Shown: one piece after another, positions 58,190 to 64,000 of the stretch
Layout: each line of letters begins with the position of its first letter
Numbering within the stretch: the stretch's first letter is position 1
From: Macrostomum lignano
Taxonomy: Eukaryota
DNA: 64,000 bases
Assembly (NCBI GenBank): GCA_002269645.1
Contig: NIVC01003526.1
Location: 29,040 to 93,039 of the forward strand
Reading direction: 5' to 3'
Made by a program: the position numbers and the translations under genes
Notes under the pieces: generated by a model
The model's input: the letters and a program-made list of their open reading frames with translations, nothing else
The model's database searches: none
What the model was told of the DNA's origin: nothing

Positions 58190-59735
58190 GTGGGGGAGCC
58201 AGCCCCCTTTACCACTAGACTAACTAATGCCAGGGGCGTGGGGGGCGGCCAGCCCCCACTATACCACTTAGACTAACTAATGCCAGGGGCGTGGGGGCGG
58301 CCAGCCCCCCACTATACCACTAGACTAACTAATGCCAGGGGCGTGGGGGCGGCCAGCCCCCCACTATACCACTAGACTAACTAATGCCAGGGGCGTGGGG
58401 GGCGGCTAGCCCCCACTATACCACTATACCACTAGACTAACTAATGCCAGGGGCGTGGGGGGCGGCCAGCCCCCACTATACCACTAGACTAACTAATGCC
58501 AGGGGCGTGGGGGGCGGCCAGCCCCCACTATACCACTTAGACTAACTAATGCCAGGGGCGTGGGGGCGGCCAGCCCCCACTATACCACTAGACTAACTAA
58601 TTCCAGGGGCGTGGGGGCGGCCAGCCCCCACTATACTACTAGACTAACTAATGCCAGGGGCGTGGGGTGCGGCGAGCCCCCCACTATACCACTAGACTAA
58701 TAAATGCCAGGGGCGTGGGGGGCGGCCAGCCCCCCACTATACCACTAGAATAACTAATGCCAGGGGCGTGGGGGCGGCGAGCCCCCTACTATACCACTAG
58801 ACTAACTAATGCCAGGGGCGTGGGGGCGGCCAGCCCCCACTATACCACTATACACTAGACTAACTAATGCCAGGGGCGTGGGGGCGGCCAGCCCCCACTA
58901 TACCACTAGACTAACTAATGCCAGGGGCGTGGGGGGCGGCCAGCCCCTACTATACCACTAGACTAACTAATGCCAGGGGCGTGGGGGGCGGCTAGCCCCC
59001 ACTATACCACTATACCACTAGACTAACTAATGCCAGGGGCGTGGGGGGCCAGCCCCCCACTATACCACTTAGACTAACTAATGCCAGGGGCGTGGGGGGC
59101 GGCCAGCCCCCACTATACCACTATACCACTAGACTAACTAATGCCAGGGGCGTGGGGGGCGGCCAGCCCCCACTATACCACTAGACTAACTAATGCCAGG
59201 GGCGTGGGGGGCGGCCAGCCCCACTATACCACTAGACTAACTAATGCCAGGGGCGTGGGGGCGGCTAGCCCCCACTATACCACTATACCACAAGACTAAC
59301 TAATGCCAGGGGCGTGGGGGGCGGCCAGCCTCCCACTATACCACTAGACTAACTAATGCCAGGGGCGTGGGGGCGGCCAGCCCCCACTATACCACTAGAC
59401 TAACTAATGCCAGGGGCGTGGGGGGCGGCCAGCCCCCCACTATACCACTAGACTAATAAATGCCAGGGGCGTGGGGGCGGCCAGCCCCCACTATACCACT
59501 AGACTAATAAATGCCAGGGGCGTGGGGGCGGCCAGCCCCTACTATACCACTAGACTAACTAATGCCAGGGGCGTGGGGGCGGCCAGCCCCCACTATACCA
59601 CTATACCACTAGACTAACTAATGCCAGGGGCGTGGGGGCGGCCAGCCCCCCACTATACCACTTAGACTAACTAATGCCAGGGCGGCCAGCCCCCACTATA
59701 CCACTAGACTAACTAATGCCAGGGGCGTGGGGGCT
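58190..59735. repeat. ~51-bp tandem repeat in unit B (ACTAGACTAACTAATGCCAGGGGCGTGGGGGCGGCCAGCCCCCACTATACC)n, about 29 copies
   Basis: Directly visible. Confidence 0.97.
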
Positions 59736-62700
59736 TTTTAGCTCTCAATTTAGGTTAAATAAATAGATGTCATAGCCATAAACAATAATTGACACAATAT
59801 AAACCATCGTCCCACCTTTGAAGACGACAGCGTCTTCATTCACTAGTTGTGGGACGATGAGCCAGTAAGTAGTATAGAAAAAAAGGCGAGCGAAGCGAGA
59901 ATTTTTTTCTATGCTGCTTACTTTTGCGAAATCGTCCCTGATAAGATGTGCAACAGATGTGACACACTAAAAATGACGTTTTTCAACTTTTAAACGCTGC
60001 GCATAAAAAACGGTACGACCGATTTACAAACGGTTTTTGCCAAAATGCGTCAAAGACCTAGGGCTAACAGATCCGCAGTGTTTGGTTGTCATGGCGACGC
60101 GTTTTGGTTGCCATGGCAACCAAAAACTGCGTTTTTTCGACATTGTCAAAAAATTTGATCTAAAAAAATAAGGATTGAGAATATGGCAGCGCTTAGCGAG
60201 TGGGCTCAGTAAACGCGGGCATTTAAACGCTACAATGATCAGAAATGGATTTTTTGATTGTACTTTAACTTTTAGGGTAAAAGTACAAAAAACGTGTTTT
60301 TTGAGGTCGAAAAATTGGCATTTTTTTCAACTTTGCCTTACCGCAGCGAAAAGGACGCGCTTTCGCGCGGCCTTTGAGCTGCCTCCTAGCCTTAAAAACA
60401 CTTAAGGCTGTTTGATGCGCTAAATTTTTTTCGGCTAAAATGTACTTTTCACATGGCTGCCTATCTGCACTTTAAAAGTACAAATTTTTAGTGCACTTTT
60501 GTGAGGCCTATCTCGTCGAGATTAAAAACTTTATTTTTTAATATTTCTACACCAAATTACTCAAATGGATGTCTTCTATTCGGAAACATCGAGATTTGGC
60601 TGATTGGGCCATCAATAACCTGCCCAGGTGCCAAAGAGTGCCTAAAAACGACATTTTCGAAAAATTGGGTCACGTTTTAAAAAAGTAGTCCTCAAACTTG
60701 AAAAAGTGTTTTATGCTACAGTGTTGAGACTTTAACACGACGTGTCAAACATATGGAAATTTGTTTTCCTAAATTTTCTAAGCATTTGGACCTACCTGTG
60801 CTGAGCAGTGACCCGGAAACCAGGGAAAAAAGAGGCCGGGGGGCACTGCAGAAAATCAGACGTTGTTAAGGAAATTTTTTTAAAATGGGGCAAAGTTTTT
60901 CGAGTATGGCGTCAAATTGTAGCCTATCGGATGCCCTTTTGAATGACATAAGACACTGTGGAAAAAACCCCTGTTAACAGGTACTTTTTACCTGTTAAGT
61001 GAAAAACGGCCCATTCGGGGGTACAAACTTTGAAGTCGAAAAATAAGAATTTTTGCGCACCGATTTTTCTGCATTTTCAATATTGTTTAGTCGAATAGCT
61101 GAAGTTACACCGGTCATACGCCAATATGGCTGGAAAATTCGTATTTTTGAGAAAATTGGCTCCGAATTTTGAGAAGGCCATTTTTGGGCAAATTTTGAGC
61201 ATACTTTTGCTAATAACTCTGCATTGGCAAGGCCTAGAGACTCAATTTTGGTGTCTAAAAACAGCACTATGGATGCACTGTGCAACTAAATAAGTTTTGA
61301 AAACTGATTCTGAAGTTAATAGGTCTTAATACCTGTTTGAATACCTGTCAGAACAGGTGAAAATGCACAATTTGGCGCCTAGGAGGCGTAAAATTTGTTG
61401 ACATACTTTAAAAATGCATTAGATGAATGCGCCTTGATGTTATCTCTGTAACGACATGCGACTCGCATTTTTAGATGAAGGCGCTGCGATGCAGCGAGCA
61501 GAAATGTATGAAAAAGCAGCAAAAATCCTAAAAGTGGCTACCATAGGGAATATTCGATATAAAGGCGTGCACTGTAGAGCTTCGCTTAAGCAAGAGATGG
61601 ATCGGGGCCGAAGGCAGTTGCTTTGTAAATGGCCTAAACACGGGTTCGAATCCCAAGTGGGCCAAGTTTTTTTTATATTTAATTTTTTTAGCAGGAACGG
61701 ATTTATTAGTATTTTCAATTCTCTTTCACTTGAATATAATTTAATATTGATTGTTTAATTTTCCTTTCCTTGTATACCTTATTAAAGAGTAAGAGTGAAG
61801 CTGAAAGTGCGGCACAGATGATTTGTTAGTGCAGAAAGAATATTACGATACATATCGGCAAGTATCATGTGTTGCGCGGTCGCCAAAGGCTTACAAGCAG
61901 TTTTAGCATGCTAAAAAGATGTGTTAGAGGTGGGAAAAGTTGCGGAGGGTGGGGTGGGGGAGCGGGGTGTGGGGGCGGCAGCCCCCACGTTACGCAAACC
62001 CCACAACAACAACCACCCTCCCCAACAACAACGCGCGGGAGGGGTGGGGGAGCGGGGGTGTGGGGGCGGCAGCCCCCACGTTACGCAAACCCCACAACAA
62101 CAACCACCCTCCCAACAACAATGTGCGGGAGGGGTGGGGAGCGGGGGTGTGGGGGCGGCAGCCCCCACGTTACGCAAACCCCACAACAACAACCACCCTC
62201 CCCAACAACAACGCGCGGGAGGGGTGGGGGAGCGGGGGTGTGGGGGCGGCAGCCCCCACGTTACGCAAACCCCACAACAACAACCACCCTCCCCAACAAC
62301 AACGCGCGGGAGGGGTGGGGGAGCGGGGTGTGGGGGCGGCAGCCCCCACGTTACGCAAACCCCCCAACAACAACCACCCCAACAACAACAACAACAACCC
62401 CAACAACAACAAAAACCCAACAACAACAACCCCTTTTACAACCAACAAACAACAACAACCGCCTTAACAACCCTTTCTACACAACAGCAGAGTGGATATT
62501 CTTGTAATCTAATAAAATATTTTTTATTATTATATTTCTACAGTTATGTATAAACTTTGTTTAAATCAAATTGAAAATGCGGTATAGCCGTAAAATATAA
62601 AAACACGATATAGCGTTTTAATTAGTTCTTAATTTGGGTTAAATAAATAGGTCATAGCCATAAACAATAATGGACATAATAAACCATCATAAGTATTTTT

Positions 62701-64000
62701 ATTAATTTTTTTAAACAGTTTTGCTTAAACTTTGTTTAAATTAAATTATAATCAACTTGAAGCTTCTTAGTTTTTTTTAATTTAATTTAAGCCATAAAAG
62801 TTAATAAGCAAATAATAAACCATCGTCCCACCTTTGAAGACGACAGCGTCTTCATTCACTAGTTGTGGGACGATGGAGCCAGTAAGTAGTATAGAAAAAA
62901 AGGCGAGCGAAGCGAGAATTTTTTTCTATGCTGCTTACTTTTGCGAAATCGTCCCTGATAAGATGTGCAACAGATGTGACACACTAAAAATGACGTTTTT
63001 CAACTTTAAACGCTGCCAATAAAAAACGGTACGACGATTTACAAACGGTTTTTGCCAAAATGCGTCAAAGACCTAGGGCTAACAGATCCGCAGTGTTTGG
63101 TTGTCATGCGACGCGTTTTGGTTGCCATGGCAACCAAAAACTGCGTTTTTTCGACATTGTCAAAAAATTTGATCTCAAAAAATAAGGATTGAGAATATGC
63201 GCAGCGCTTAGCGAGTGGGCTCAGCAGACGCGGCATTCGAACGCTAAAATGATCCGAAATGGATTTTTGATTGTACTTTCACTTCACAGGTAAAAGTACA
63301 AAACGTGTTTTTTGAGGTCGAAAAATTGGCATTTTTTTCAACTTTGCCTCACCGCAGCGAAAAGGACGCGCTTTCGCGCGGCCTTTGAGCTGCCTCCTAG
63401 CCTTAAAAACACTTAAGGCTGTCTGATGCGCTGTAGTTTTTTTGGCTAAAATGTACTTTTCACATGGCTGCCTATCTGCACTTTAAAAGTACAAATTTTT
63501 AGTGCACTTTTTAGAGGCCTATGGCGTCGAGATGGAAAACTTTTTTTTTAATATTTCTACACCAAATTACTCAAATGGATGTCTTCTATTCGGAAACATT
63601 GAGATTTGGCGCGATTGGGCCATCAATAACCTGCCCAGGTGCCAAAGAGTGCCTAAAAACGACATTTTCGAAAAATTGGGTCACGTTTTAAAAAGTAGTC
63701 CCAAAAAATAAGAAAGTGTTTTATGGCTACGGTGTGAGACTTTAACACAACGTGTCAAACATATGGAAATTTGTTTTCCTGAATTTTCTAAGCATTTGGA
63801 CCTACCTGTGCGGAGCAGTGACCCGGAAACCGGGAAAAAAGAGGCCGGGGCTCTGCAGAAAATCAGACGTTGTTAAGAAAATTTTTAAAATGGGGCGAAT
63901 TTTTTCGAGTGTAGTGTCAAATTGTAGCCCATCGGATCCCTTTTGAATGACATAAGACACTCCTGAAAAAACCCCTGTTAACAGGTACTTTTTACCTGTT

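Larger units (their letters stand above)
53039..64000 (+). mobile_element. Head-to-tail array of non-autonomous Helentron-type (HINE/DINE-1-like) elements: A 53039-56063, B 56064-59848, A' 59849-62864, B'/mosaic 62865 to beyond 64000
   Basis: Each unit starts TT|GTGGGACGATGG (subTIR) and ends CCATCGTCCCAC + hairpin TGAAGACG-acag-CGTCTTCA + CACTAG. Central tandem repeats, no TSD, no transposase. Confidence 0.75.

Noticed and set aside
55058-62553. GC-rich ORFs (GGGAGVWGRQPPRYANP...) as genes
   Set aside because: They arise from the 90-bp internal repeat and are open in most frames.

Overview
Eukaryotic, invertebrate-animal-type genomic DNA, very repeat-rich. The species cannot be determined from sequence alone; the minisatellite-packed introns resemble assemblies of free-living flatworms such as Macrostomum. 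(1) 1.3-25.5 kb (+): one spliced host gene, a PFTAIRE-type cyclin-dependent kinase (CDK14/Eip63E family). I reconstructed 11 phase-compatible GT-AG exons. Its introns hold many minisatellites, a 2.6-kb tandem duplication and two tandem antisense RTE-clade LINEs sitting in (CAT)n microsatellites. Both LINEs show an HDV-like ribozyme fold at the 5' end and a 2A-like (xxExNPGP) peptide upstream of the endonuclease. (2) 26.8-31.2 kb (-) and 45.9-50.5 kb (+): two Ty3/Gypsy LTR retrotransposons. (3) 32.7-52.9 kb: the most unusual region, a cluster of six co-oriented Crypton-like tyrosine-recombinase (YR) genes or relics from two subfamilies. They are bracketed by about 28 copies (counted by eye) of TCTATGG/CCATAGA, by repeated AAAAAGCGTGCAGATAAT boxes and by short palindromic non-coding units. 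piggyBac, Tc1-like, P-like, Merlin-like, SINE and Gypsy insertions are nested among them. (4) 53-64 kb: a head-to-tail A-B-A-B array of ~3-3.8-kb non-autonomous Helentron-type elements with internal GC-rich tandem repeats. All coordinates, alignments and counts were read by eye; no searches or folding programs were run.
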